Source: Opitutia bacterium (GTDB lineage: Bacteria > Verrucomicrobiota > Verrucomicrobiia > Opitutales > UBA953). Taken from it: a stretch of DNA of 64,000 nucleotides. A model generated the notes under the pieces. It saw only the letters and a list, made by a program, of their open reading frames with translations, did no database searches and was not told the DNA's origin. Every line of letters begins with the position of its first letter. Within the stretch, counting starts at the first letter, position 1. The stretch covers positions 9,560 to 73,559 of the forward strand of contig BGOI01000005.1 in NCBI GenBank assembly GCA_003569165.1, written 5' to 3'. The position numbers were made by a program, and so were the translations under genes. Positions 28,448 to 39,339 of the stretch are shown in pieces.

Positions 28448-29677
28448 ATGCTCTCCCGTCGTCGTTTCTTGGAATCTACTTTTGTCGCCGTCATCGCCGC
28501 TTCACTCGGTGCCGCCGAAGGTAAGCGCGCCCCGCGCGTGGTGCTGCGTTCCTCTTGGCAGACGGTGAACATCGGCGACATCGCACACACGCCTGGGATG
28601 CTGGCCCTGCTCGAGAAGTATTTCCCGGAGGCCGTGATCACCCTCTGGCCGAGCAATGTCGACAATGGCGTGAAGGAGATGCTGGCGGCCCGCTTCCCGA
28701 AGTTGCAGTTCGTCGGCCCCAAGACCGACGTCGCTAAACTCTACGCCGAGAACGATTTCCTGCTGCACGGCTCAGGCCCTTCGCTCGTGGGCGAGAAGCA
28801 GGTCGCGCTGTGGCGCCAGCAGGGCCCGAAGCCCTATGGCGTCCTCGGCATCACCCAAGGGAGCCCGTCGTCCGAGACGGCCAAAATCCTCAGCGGTGCG
28901 CAATTTGTTTATTTCCGTGACTCGGTCTCGCTCGCGACTGCTAAGGCCGCTGGCGTGAAGTGTCCGGTGATGGAGTTTGGTCCGGATGGCGCGTTCGCGA
29001 CCGACCTACGCAGTGAGGAGAAGGCTGAGGCTTTCCTGCATGGATGGGGCCTCGAGCGTGGTAAGTTCCTCTGCTGTATTCCGCGTTACCGCATTACGCC
29101 CTATTGGACGATTCACAAGGAGCGCGCCTTTGATCCCGTGAAGCAGAAGCGTAACGACGAGATGAAAGAGCACGATCATGCGCAACTACGCGCCGCAATC
29201 GTCGCGGTCGTGAAGCAGACCGACCTCAAGGTGCTGATTTGCCCCGAAGACCGCACCCAGATGACCTTGGGCAAAGAGATCCTTTTCGATAAGTTACCCG
29301 ATGACGTGAAGGACCGCGTCGTCTGGCGTCAGGACTACTGGCTGACTGACGAGGCGCTGAGCGTCTACGTCCGCAGTGCGGGTCTCTTCGGTAACGAGAT
29401 GCATTCGCCCATCATGTGCGTCGGTAGCGGCATCCCCGCCATTGTCTGCCGCTGGTCCGAACAGACCTCCAAGGGCAACATGTGGAAGGACATCGGCCTG
29501 AATGAGTGGCTGTTCGACCTCGATGACGAACCGCAGCTCGCGGGCATCGTCCCGGCCGTGCTCGCCATGGCCAAGGACCCCGCCGCTGCGAAGGCCAAGG
29601 TCGTCAAGGCCCAGGCTATCCTGCACGAACGTCAGTCCGCCGCGATTGGCCGCGTCCGGAAGGGTGTCGGCGCCTAA
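28448..29677 (+). CDS. Polysaccharide pyruvyl transferase family protein with a twin-arginine-like leader
   Basis: 409 aa. MLSRRRFLESTFVAVIAASLGAAEG leader. WQTVNIGDIAHTPGMLALLEKYFP N-terminal block, typical of PS_pyruv_trans as I remember it. Confidence 0.55.
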   Translation: MLSRRRFLESTFVAVIAASLGAAEGKRAPRVVLRSSWQTVNIGDIAHTPGMLALLEKYFPEAVITLWPSNVDNGVKEMLAARFPKLQFVGPKTDVAKLYAENDFLLHGSGPSLVGEKQVALWRQQGPKPYGVLGITQGSPSSETAKILSGAQFVYFRDSVSLATAKAAGVKCPVMEFGPDGAFATDLRSEEKAEAFLHGWGLERGKFLCCIPRYRITPYWTIHKERAFDPVKQKRNDEMKEHDHAQLRAAIVAVVKQTDLKVLICPEDRTQMTLGKEILFDKLPDDVKDRVVWRQDYWLTDEALSVYVRSAGLFGNEMHSPIMCVGSGIPAIVCRWSEQTSKGNMWKDIGLNEWLFDLDDEPQLAGIVPAVLAMAKDPAAAKAKVVKAQAILHERQSAAIGRVRKGVGA

Positions 29678-29683
29678 GCTGGC

Positions 29684-30646
29684 TTACTTCTTGGCCGGAG
29701 CTTTCGTCTTCGGCTTAGCCTGTTCGGCTAACATGACCGTCACGGCCGGCGTGGGCTCGTTGACGCCCGTGAAGGCGTTGTAGGCCTGCTGGAAGGCCGC
29801 AGCATCACGGACGTCGCCTTCGGCGATGAGCCACTGGTAGCGTAGCTTGAAGGGGGCTTCCGACGTGGCGATGCCCTTCGGGAAGGCGCCGAAGCGGCCG
29901 TAATCGCGGTAGGCCGAGAAGGCCGTGTCTTTCGGGTTGGAAGAATGGTTGAGGAGAACGGCCGTGAAGGTCTTGCCCTCGACCGTGAAGATCTCGGCGA
30001 CCCAAGTGAGGTCGCGGACCTTGTGGATGAGGATGTCTTTGCCCGGGTAGACGTAGGTCGTCTTCGTGCCGTCGATTTTCTCGGAGGGTCGGAACTGCGC
30101 GCCGGCGTGCTCGGGGTCGCCATCGATTTTGGCTTCACCGTGGTCGGGCTTGAGCGTGCTCTTCATCTCGATGCCGAAGTAGAAGGGAGCGGCAGGCTTC
30201 GTGAAAGTGAAGGTGCGTTCTTCGGTCAGGATGGGCTTCGCCTGGGCACCTGCGCCTTGCCAGTCAATCGAGGCCACGAAGCCGTCGGTGGTCGGCTTGA
30301 TTGCCGTGACGACCTGGTCGCCCCCGCTCATGTGCCAGCGGTCGTAGTTCTTGCCGTCGACCGTGATCTTCGCGAAGCCGAGCATGATGCCGCGGTGGTG
30401 GGTGAAGTTGAAGCCCGGGCCCTTCGTGAGGCGCAGGGCTCCGCTGGGGTCGAAGACGTGGAGGTAGGGCTTGTAGTTATCTAGGCGCTTGGCTGGGGTA
30501 CTGACGTCGTGGGACATCATGAAGCGGGCCACAACCTTGCCATCCTGGGCGATGTCGACGGCCTCGTTCGGGGTGACCTTGATGTCGGCGGCAAAGGCCT
30601 GAGTAAGGGCAAATAGGGTGCCAAGGGCGAGGGGTAGGGGGCGCAT
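29684..30646 (-). CDS. PmoA-family / DUF6807-like secreted protein
   Basis: 320 aa. Signal peptide. NYKPYLHVFDPSG..LTKGPGFNFTHHRGIMLGF resembles the PmoA-family core. Confidence 0.55.
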   Translation of the reverse strand: MRPLPLALGTLFALTQAFAADIKVTPNEAVDIAQDGKVVARFMMSHDVSTPAKRLDNYKPYLHVFDPSGALRLTKGPGFNFTHHRGIMLGFAKITVDGKNYDRWHMSGGDQVVTAIKPTTDGFVASIDWQGAGAQAKPILTEERTFTFTKPAAPFYFGIEMKSTLKPDHGEAKIDGDPEHAGAQFRPSEKIDGTKTTYVYPGKDILIHKVRDLTWVAEIFTVEGKTFTAVLLNHSSNPKDTAFSAYRDYGRFGAFPKGIATSEAPFKLRYQWLIAEGDVRDAAAFQQAYNAFTGVNEPTPAVTVMLAEQAKPKTKAPAKK

Positions 30647-30740
30647 TGAGGGATTTTAAGCACCGAAAGGGCTCAATGGGAACCTCGGAATCTGCACCGG
30701 AAACTTTACCGAAGCACGGGGGTTGCACAGGGGTAATCCT

Positions 30741-32153
30741 ATGACCCTTCGTCCCGTTCTCGCCCTCCTAGCCGTCTTCTCGGCCGGCCTCTCCTCGCTC
30801 ATCGGAGCGACCGCCAAGCCGAACATCGTCTACATCCTCGCGGACGACCTCGGCTTCGCCGAACTCGGCTGCAACGGTTCCGACCGCTACAAGACCCCGA
30901 ACATCGACGCCCTTGCTAATGCCGGCGTGCGCTTCACGCGTTTCTACACCGTGCCGCTGTGCGGACCCTCGCGTGCGTTGATCCTGACCGGTCGTTATGG
31001 CTTCCGGACCGGTGCCGTCACCCAGGACGCCTGCAAGACCATCATCCGTACCGGCGAGAAAGCCGAGATCATGATTCCGACCGTCCTGAAGAAGGCCGGC
31101 TACGCCAGTGCGATGATCGGTAAGTGGGGTCAGCTCTCGCCGTCCGGTGATCCGTCGGACTGGGGTTTCGACCATGAACTCTATTACAAGGGCAGCGGCA
31201 TGTACTGGAACAGCAAGGTCGCCAAGCCGATGTCCGAAGGCGGCGAAGTACGCGGCGACCCCGATACCTACGTGCTCGATGGCAAGACCATCAAGGTGAA
31301 GGACGAAGAGTATATCCCTGATCTGCTGCACAAGGACGCAACCGTCTGGATGGAGGCGCAGAAAGGCCGACCGTTCTTCCTGTATTATTCGCTGTCCCAA
31401 GTGCACGGCGAGATCCTGCCGACTCCGGATAGCGCTCCGGCCCCGAAGGGTGAGTCGAATACCCAACGCGCCCAACGTCTGCTCGCGGATAACATCGCCT
31501 ACATGGACAAACTCGTCGGTAAGCTCATGGCCGAACTCGATCGCCTCAAGCTACGCGAGAACACCCTGATCGTCTTCATGGGCGACAATGGTAGCACTAA
31601 GTCGGCTGCGGTTGACGCCACCATCGGTGGACGCCGGATCGAAGGCGAGAAGGGCTCCATGAAGGAAGGCGGCGGCCTCGTCCCGTTCTTCGCCACCTGG
31701 CCGGGAGTCATGGCATCGGGTAAAGTGAACGCCAATGTTGCCGACGCCAGCGATCTCCTACCGACCTTTGCCGAGATTGCCGGTGCGCCGATGCCGACTG
31801 GCCGCGTCATCGACGGACGCAGCCTCGTCTCGCAGCTCAAGGGTGACGCCAAGTCCCCGCGCACCTGGGCCTTCTGTCAGCTCAGCAATAATTACTACGT
31901 CCGTGAGGCGGGCTGGAAGCTCGACCAGTCGGGCACCCTTTACGACATGAAGGACGCCCCGTTCAAGGAAGTCGCTGTCGCGGTCGACACCAAGGACGAG
32001 GCCGCCGTGGCCGCCCGTGCCCGCCTCTCCGCCGCATTGACGGGCCTCAATCCCGCGGCTGGCTATAAGGACGAGGTCGGCGACGGAACCGGCCGGAGCG
32101 GCAATAAGGATGAGAAAAAGCCGAAGACCAAGAAGGTCAAAGTGACGAAGTAA
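30741..32153 (+). CDS. Arylsulfatase-family sulfatase (formylglycine-dependent)
   Basis: ATG 30741 gives the signal peptide MTLRPVLALLAVFSAG. PNIVYILADDLG. Sulfatase signature CGPSRALILTGRY. Confidence 0.85.
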   Translation: MTLRPVLALLAVFSAGLSSLIGATAKPNIVYILADDLGFAELGCNGSDRYKTPNIDALANAGVRFTRFYTVPLCGPSRALILTGRYGFRTGAVTQDACKTIIRTGEKAEIMIPTVLKKAGYASAMIGKWGQLSPSGDPSDWGFDHELYYKGSGMYWNSKVAKPMSEGGEVRGDPDTYVLDGKTIKVKDEEYIPDLLHKDATVWMEAQKGRPFFLYYSLSQVHGEILPTPDSAPAPKGESNTQRAQRLLADNIAYMDKLVGKLMAELDRLKLRENTLIVFMGDNGSTKSAAVDATIGGRRIEGEKGSMKEGGGLVPFFATWPGVMASGKVNANVADASDLLPTFAEIAGAPMPTGRVIDGRSLVSQLKGDAKSPRTWAFCQLSNNYYVREAGWKLDQSGTLYDMKDAPFKEVAVAVDTKDEAAVAARARLSAALTGLNPAAGYKDEVGDGTGRSGNKDEKKPKTKKVKVTK

Positions 32154-32158
32154 ACGGC

Positions 32159-32866
32159 ATGCCCCTGCGTCTGCTCTGTACCTTCCTGCTGGCCTCGTCC
32201 GTCCTCTGCGGCGCTGACGAGGTCTTGTCGGATAAGTCCTCCCCGGCGAAGGTCTTGGCCTTGTATCAGAAGGTGCTGGCCGCGGCGCAGAAGGAGCCGC
32301 CGGCGCCTGGCTCCGTCATCTGTATTGGCAGTTCGCACATGCAGCTGTGGAAGAGTGTGAAGGAGGACCTCGCGCCGCTCACCGTGCATAACTACGGCAT
32401 CGGCGGGAGCCGCATGACCCATGCCGCCGACCTGTTCATCGACAATCTCGTCATCCCGTTCAAGCCTCGCGCGGTGATTCTGTACGAAGGCAGCAACGAC
32501 ATCAATGCTGGCACCAAGCCCGAAGATGTCCTCGCAAACTTCCAGAAGATTCATCGCAAGCTCCATGCCGCGCTACCGGAGGCCCGCCTCTACGTCCTCG
32601 GCGTCGTGCCTAGCCCCGGCAAGCGCTTCCTCAAGATCGCCGAACTCCGGAAGACGAACGCACTGCTCGCCAAGGAGTGTGCCACGCAGCCGTGGATGAA
32701 GTTCATCGACGTCACCGAGCCGCTCATCGGTGCCGACGGGAAACCGCGGGAAGAGCTCTTTATTCCTGGGAATATCCACATGCTGCCGGCCGGTTATGTC
32801 GTCTGGAAGTCCGTCATTGCCCCCGTCATCGTCCCTCCCGAGAAATCCTTTGAACATGTCAAATAG
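32159..32866 (+). CDS. SGNH/GDSL-type hydrolase (esterase)
   Basis: 235 aa. Signal peptide. Block I ICIGSSH, block III YEGSNDI. Starts 5 nt after the sulfatase stop. Confidence 0.65.
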   Translation: MPLRLLCTFLLASSVLCGADEVLSDKSSPAKVLALYQKVLAAAQKEPPAPGSVICIGSSHMQLWKSVKEDLAPLTVHNYGIGGSRMTHAADLFIDNLVIPFKPRAVILYEGSNDINAGTKPEDVLANFQKIHRKLHAALPEARLYVLGVVPSPGKRFLKIAELRKTNALLAKECATQPWMKFIDVTEPLIGADGKPREELFIPGNIHMLPAGYVVWKSVIAPVIVPPEKSFEHVK

Positions 32867-33110
32867 CCACCCCTCGGATTTTAAGCGAAACCTTAGCCGG
32901 GAGATCGCAGCTTACTTCATCGTCGTCCTGTGCGCCTTGCCAATCCGCTTCTGGCTCTATTCGGAAACCAAGGATGACGACGGCTGGGTGTCTTATCTGG
33001 CGAGCAGTACATTTAGCTATATCGCCTTCGGCCTGATTGGAGCCGTCTTCGTCTCCAAGCTCAGCCTCCGGACCAAGCTCATCCTGACCTTTATCCTGGT
33101 GGCGCTCTGA
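32856..33110 (+). CDS. Hypothetical small membrane protein (84 aa)
   Basis: Internal ATG of ORF 32730-33110: MSNSHPSDFKRNLSREIAAYFIVVLCALPIRFW.. with 2-3 TM helices. Lower GC than the flanks. Overlaps the upstream gene by 11 nt. Confidence 0.4.
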   Translation: MSNSHPSDFKRNLSREIAAYFIVVLCALPIRFWLYSETKDDDGWVSYLASSTFSYIAFGLIGAVFVSKLSLRTKLILTFILVAL

Positions 33111-33191
33111 GGGCGCCCGGCTTGTTAGAGTCTTTGTCAGAGTAGACGTAGCTAACCTGCGTAAGTCAGGACTTTCGGGCTCGAATCTAGC

Positions 33192-33279
<88 letters not shown>

Positions 33280-33306
33280 TTTGTTACCAGCTAGAAGGTG
33301 CATCAA

Positions 33307-33639
33307 AGGGAGGGCGGGGGGTGGGTCAAGGGAGATTAAAGGGAGGACTCGAGGGCCCGAGGGCCGGAGGGCCAGAGGGGTTGATTCGTTGATCAGAGGG
33401 CCGGGTGGCTGGAAAGGGGGTGGGTGGGGGTAGTTTTGTTGATCGGTTGTTCAGAGGGCCAATTGGCCGGTCTGGAGGCCAAAGAATGGGTAGGGGCGCG
33501 ACTGCGTCGCGTCCGTGGGCGGACGGATTTGGGAATACGCAAAAGCTTGCCCGAATCAGGCAAGCTAAGAGGCGAACGGACGCGACGTCGTCGCGTCCCT
33601 ACCAAGAGACAGAGGACAGCACGTGGTGCTGTCCCTACC
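33307..33639. repeat. Composite repeat block: G-rich/F, degenerate D, A2 REPIN-like doublet, A4 hairpin
   Basis: GAGGGCCCGAGGGCCGGAGGGCCAGAGGGG (about 33351-33380). GTTGATCAG / GGCCAATTGGCC D-like words (33381-33475). Doublet at 33490-33602. GGACAGCACGTGGTGCTGTCC (33614-33634) abutting the glnS stop. Confidence 0.85.
33490..33602. repeat. REPIN/MITE-like doublet (second copy of the A2 arms)
   Basis: GTAGGGGCGCGACTGCGTCGCGTCCGT ... AACGGACGCGACGTCGTCGCGTCCCTAC. The spacer is unrelated to the 11001-11122 copy and holds its own 8-bp hairpin AGCTTGCC-CGAATCA-GGCAAGCT. Confidence 0.85.
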
Positions 33640-35328
33640 TTATTTGGCTACGGCCTTCGCCCAGGAGTCTTTCAGGCCGACGGTGCGGTTGAAGACGGGC
33701 TTGCCGGGCTGGGAGTCCTTGGCGTCGGTGCAGAAGTAGCCGGTGCGTTCGAACTGCACGCGGGTGCACGGCGCGAGGGCGAGGAGGGCGGGCTCGACGA
33801 AGCCGCGGATGGTCTTGAGCGAGCCGGGGTTGAGGAGCGTGCGCCAGTCGGTGCCTTCGGGGATATCGTTCAGGTCCTCATGCGCGAAGAGGCGGTCGTA
33901 GAGGCGGACCTCGACGTCGCCGGCATGCTTTTCAGAAACCCAATGGATGGTGCCCTTGACCTTACGGCCGTCTGGCGAGTCGCCGCCGCGCGTGGCGGGA
34001 TCGTAGGTGCAGGTGACTTCGGTGACGTTGCCCAAAGCGTCCTTCTTGCAGCCGGTGCAGGTCACGAAGTAGCCCCAGCGGAGGCGGACCTCCTGGCCGG
34101 GCGTGAGGCGGAAATATTTCTTCTCCGGGATCTCCATGAAGTCGGCGCGCTCGATGAGCAGCGTCTTGGAGAAGGGCACCTTGCGGGTGCCGGCGGAAGG
34201 GTCCTCGGGGTTGTTGACGGCGTCGAGCTCGTCGACCTGTCCTTCGGGGTAGTTCTCGATGACGAGGCGGACCGGATCCAGCACCGCCATGAAGCGAGAG
34301 GAGGTCTTGTTGAGGTCGTCGCGGACGGCGTGCTCGAGCAGGGCGACGTCGGAGAGGGAGTTATGCTTCGTGATGCCGATGGTCTCGCAGAATTTGCGGA
34401 TCGCGGCGGGCGTGTAGCCGCGGCGGCGCATGCCAGAGATCGTGGGCATGCGGGGGTCGTCCCAACCCGACACGCGCTTCTCCTGCACGAGTTCGAGCAG
34501 GCGGCGCTTGGACATGACCGTGTAGGTCAGGTTGAGGCGGGCGAATTCGATCTGCTGCGGCTTGGCGGGGGTGTCGAGCGTGCGGAGGAGCCAGTCGTAG
34601 AAGGGGCGGTGCACCTCGAACTCCAGCGTGCAGATCGAGTGGGTGATGCCTTCGTACGCGTCCTCGAGCGGGTGGGCGTAGTCGTACATCGGGTAGACGC
34701 ACCACTTGTCGCCGGTGTTGTGGTGATGGACCTTGCGGATGCGGTAGATGACCGGATCGCGCATGTGCATGTTCGGCGACGCCATGTCGATCTTGGCGCG
34801 GAGCACCGCCTTACCTTCGTCGAACTCGCCGCGGGTCATCTTTTCGAAGGCCGCGAGGTTCTCGTCGACGGACGCGTCGCGGGTCGGGCTCGGCTTGCCG
34901 GGGTGTTTCTCGTCGCCGTGGAATTCGCGGATCTGCTCCTGCGAGAGGAAGCAGACGTAGGCCTTGCCCAGCTTGATCAGCTTGATGGCGTCGGCATGCA
35001 TGCGCTCGAAGTAGTTCGACGCCTGGTAGTAGTGCTCGTTCCATTCGAAGCCCAGCCAGCGGACGTCCTCCTTGATCGAGTCGACGTATTCGACCTCTTC
35101 CTTGGTCGGATTCGTGTCGTCCATGCGCAGGTGGCAGCGGCCCTTGAATTCGAGAGCGAGGCCGAAGTTCAGGCAGATCGACTTCGCGTGGCCGACGTGC
35201 AGGTAGCCATTGGGCTCCGGCGGGAAGCGGGTGGCGACGGAGACGTGCTTACCCGCGGCCAGATCGGCGTCGATGATCTGCTGGATGAAGTGGCGGTGGG
35301 CCGCCGGCGCAGGGCTTTCGGAGGACAT
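33640..35328 (-). CDS. glnS: Glutamine--tRNA ligase
   Basis: 562 aa. [17 protein letters not shown] (HIGH), VMSKRR (KMSKS). GlnRS-type anticodon-binding C-terminus. Confidence 0.92.
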   Translation of the reverse strand: MSSESPAPAAHRHFIQQIIDADLAAGKHVSVATRFPPEPNGYLHVGHAKSICLNFGLALEFKGRCHLRMDDTNPTKEEVEYVDSIKEDVRWLGFEWNEHYYQASNYFERMHADAIKLIKLGKAYVCFLSQEQIREFHGDEKHPGKPSPTRDASVDENLAAFEKMTRGEFDEGKAVLRAKIDMASPNMHMRDPVIYRIRKVHHHNTGDKWCVYPMYDYAHPLEDAYEGITHSICTLEFEVHRPFYDWLLRTLDTPAKPQQIEFARLNLTYTVMSKRRLLELVQEKRVSGWDDPRMPTISGMRRRGYTPAAIRKFCETIGITKHNSLSDVALLEHAVRDDLNKTSSRFMAVLDPVRLVIENYPEGQVDELDAVNNPEDPSAGTRKVPFSKTLLIERADFMEIPEKKYFRLTPGQEVRLRWGYFVTCTGCKKDALGNVTEVTCTYDPATRGGDSPDGRKVKGTIHWVSEKHAGDVEVRLYDRLFAHEDLNDIPEGTDWRTLLNPGSLKTIRGFVEPALLALAPCTRVQFERTGYFCTDAKDSQPGKPVFNRTVGLKDSWAKAVAK

Positions 35329-35335
35329 GTGCGGG

Positions 35336-36700
<1,365 letters not shown>

Positions 36701-36710
36701 GGGCGAAATA

Positions 36711-36817
36711 GAGGGATGGAGGGCTGGAGGGCCGGAGGACCAGAGGAGGGCCTGAGGGCAGGCGGGCCGGAAGGGAAGGCGTAAAGGGGTCAGGGGGCAG
36801 GGCAAGAAGGGAGGGAC
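36711..36817. repeat. F-type (GGAGGGC/GGAGGAC)n purine-rich block in the gltX leader
   Basis: GAGGGATGGAGGGCTGGAGGGCCGGAGGACCAGAGGAGGGCCTGAGGGCAGGCGGGCCGGAAGGGAAGG... The C-rich strand is the sense strand of gltX. Confidence 0.75.
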
Positions 36818-36837
36818 GTGCTTAGGCCGACGGGCAC

Positions 36838-36864
36838 AAAAAAGGACAGGGGTGAGCCTGTCCT
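36838..36864 (-). terminator. Intrinsic terminator of the ppiD-like gene
   Basis: Minus-strand RNA: AGGACAGG-CUCACC-CCUGUCCU followed by UUUUUU. Lies 23 nt after the stop at 36887. Confidence 0.8.
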
Positions 36865-36886
36865 TTGATCGGCCTCGTGGGAGGCC

Positions 36887-38478
36887 TTACTTGGCTTGGA
36901 CGGGGGCTGGGACGACGTCTTGGACGAGGCCGATGCCGGTGAAGTAGGCGTTACGCTGGGAGACGCGCTGGACAAACAGGCGGGCTTCTTCGGCGCCGGT
37001 CTTGTCTTCGGTCAGGTCCTTCTTGGCCGGGCGGATGAAGACGTGGTCGCCGTTGGCGGTGCGGATGGCGGAGGTCAGCTTACCGACGCCAGCGGCCTCG
37101 ATGAGGAGGCCGGTGTTCTCGTTGACGCCGTTAAGCGTTTCGGGGACGGAGTAGATCGAGAAGGCTGCCGGAGAAGCCAGCGCGAGCTTTTGGGCCTTGG
37201 CGCTATCGGTGAAGGTCTTGCCAGCGGCGATGTCGGCCTGGAGGGCCTTGCCGACCTTGGCGACCTCCTCGGCGAGGAGGCGGTTGAGCTGGGACTTCTT
37301 CCAGTTCTCGACGGCCTTAGTCTTCGCTTCGTCGTAGGTCGGAAGGCGGTCGGCCGTGCGCTTATTCAGGAAGATGAATGTCGCGCCTTCTTCGGAGCGG
37401 TAGACTTCGGTGCGCCATTCCTTTTCGGTGAGCTCGGCGGCGACACGCAGGGCTTCGGCGGGGACCTTGGCGACGGTGGGAGGATTGATGACTTCGAAGG
37501 AAGGGATTACCGTGACCTTGGCGTTCTTGGCCTTAATCCAGGCGGCGAGTTCCTTGCTGTCGGCCTTGGCGGTATCGATGGCGAATTTCTCGGCGAGTTC
37601 GTCGGAGACCTGGCCAGCGAGGTTGGTGATAGCGCGGTCGGCACGGACGAGCTTCTCGAGCTCGGTGCGCTTGGCGAGGGCCCTGTTCCTTGACCTTACC
37701 GGTCTCGAACTTGAACTTCTCGGCCTGATTATAGCCCATGTTGATGATCTCGTCGTCGGAGACTGGTGCGGTGTCGGTGGCAGAAGCGGTAATGGTGATA
37801 GCCGTGACGGCGACCTGCGGGGGGAGGCGGTAGTTCTCGATGTTGGCCGTGAAGGCTTCCTTCACTTTGGCTTCGTCGACCTTGATCTCGGGTTTGAAAC
37901 CAGCGGCGGCGAAGGTGGCGACGTCGACGGTCCACTGGGTGCGTTCGCGATCGAGGATGCGCTTGATCTGGCTGGCGGTGGCGTGACCGGAGCCGGCGAG
38001 GGTGCTGATCGCTTTCTGAATGCGCCAGGTGTCCTTGATGTAGGTCTCGAAGCGGGCGCGCGTCTCGTCGTCGGACACGTTGAGCTGCTTGGCGGCGAAC
38101 TCCAGGAACTTGTTGAGGCCATCCGCGTTCTTGCCGTCGGGGGAGGTGGTCATCTCGCGGGCAACGCGACGGATCTCGACAACGGAGGGGGCGGGGATGC
38201 CGAGGGAGTCGGCGAGGCTGAGTTCGGCGACGCGCTGGACCAGGCCCGTTTTCGTTCATGCGCTGCCCGGTCATCTGGGCGAAGAAGGTCGCGTCACGGA
38301 AGCGGGCGCGGACGGTCGGGTCGTTGAGGTCGACGCCCTGGTACATGTAAGCACCGGAGCTCAGGGCGCCGCGACCGGCGAACCCGTAGAAGACGAAGGA
38401 GACCACAATGACCACGAGCAGGAATCCGAAGATGATGCGGTGGTGCTTGCCGGTGGCGTTCTGGAGCCAAGTAATCAT
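36887..38478 (-). pseudogene. PpiD/SurA-N-type periplasmic chaperone, frame interrupted by two single-base insertions
   Basis: N-terminal anchor MITWLQNATGKHHRIIFGFLLVVIVVSFVF (ORF 37729-38478). Middle part in ORF 37533-38153. C-terminal 270 aa found by manual translation (..ALAKRTELEKLVRADRAITNLAGQVS.. ending VQAK*). Extra base in CCC runs 38245-38247 and 37681-37683. 1592-2 nt equals 530 codons. Confidence 0.8.
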
Positions 38479-38533
38479 TCGGGCAACTTACCCCAGTCTT
38501 TCGGCGGGTGTCAATCAGTCCAAGCCCGCTCCC

Positions 38534-39070
38534 ATGGGCTTGCATCCGGTGGGGTTATTAACATCCCTTGGGGCCGTGCCAAAACCCCTCCATTGCATCG
38601 TCGCCGTGGCCCGTAACGGGGTCATCGGCTTGGGTGGCAGGCTTCCTTGGCATATTCCCGAGGACCTGGCCTGGTTCATGGACCAGACCGCCGGGGGTGT
38701 CATGATCGAAGGGCCGGCTTGCTACGCCGAACTCGGTAAGGCGCTGCCTGGGCGGGGGACCGTGGTCGTCTCGCGCGATCCGTCCAAGTCCTTTCCCGGC
38801 GCCGAGCAGGCGACATCCTTGGCCGAGGCCATCCTCATCGCCGAGCGCATGGACCAGTGGAAGGGGCCGACGTGGATCACCGGTGGCCAGCGCATTTATG
38901 CCGAGGGCCTACCGCTCTGCGAACGTCTGCTTATTACGCGCATCGACCGCGACTTCGAAGGAGACCGTTTCTTCCCCGCCGATTGGCAGAAGCTTTTCAC
39001 CAAGCTCGTTTCGTCGAAGGCGGGTGAGTATCAGGGATTGGGGTATGCGTTCGAAGTTTGGGAGCGCTGA
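38534..39070 (+). CDS. folA: Dihydrofolate reductase
   Basis: IVAVARNGVIGLGGRLPWHIPEDLAWF, LPGRGTVVVSRD, WITGGQRIY. ATG 38534 chosen because the longer ORF start overlaps the divergent ppiD-like gene. Confidence 0.85.
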   Translation: MGLHPVGLLTSLGAVPKPLHCIVAVARNGVIGLGGRLPWHIPEDLAWFMDQTAGGVMIEGPACYAELGKALPGRGTVVVSRDPSKSFPGAEQATSLAEAILIAERMDQWKGPTWITGGQRIYAEGLPLCERLLITRIDRDFEGDRFFPADWQKLFTKLVSSKAGEYQGLGYAFEVWER

Positions 39071-39086
39071 GCGCCAAACTTCGAAC

Positions 39087-39330
39087 GAGGGGGCACGTGC
39101 GCAAGGTGACACGGGGACATGGGGAAGGCTGAACTCAAAGGGAGACCGGAAACCGGAATGTATGCTGCGGACATTTTCCCCGCTAATTATCCGATTTCCG
39201 GTCTCCCTTTGAGTTTTGTCTCGAGGTAGGGATGACCATCCTTGGTCGGCCGCGGTCGAGCAGGGATGCTCGACCCTACCCGATGCAGCACTGTCGTGAC
39301 GCGGTACTGCCCCTACCTCGTCCTTGCCCC
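39087..39330. repeat. Composite repeat block: C, B inverted pair, inverted A1, A3-like
   Basis: GGGGGCACGTGCGCAAGGTGACACGGGGACATGGGGA (39087-39125). CTCAAAGGGAGACCGGAAACCGGA ... TCCGATTTCCGGTCTCCCTTTGAG (39134-39213). Inverted A1 (39226-39279). TGTCGTGACGCGGTACTGCCCCTACC (about 39291-39317). Confidence 0.85.
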
Positions 39331-39339
39331 CTCGCGACT

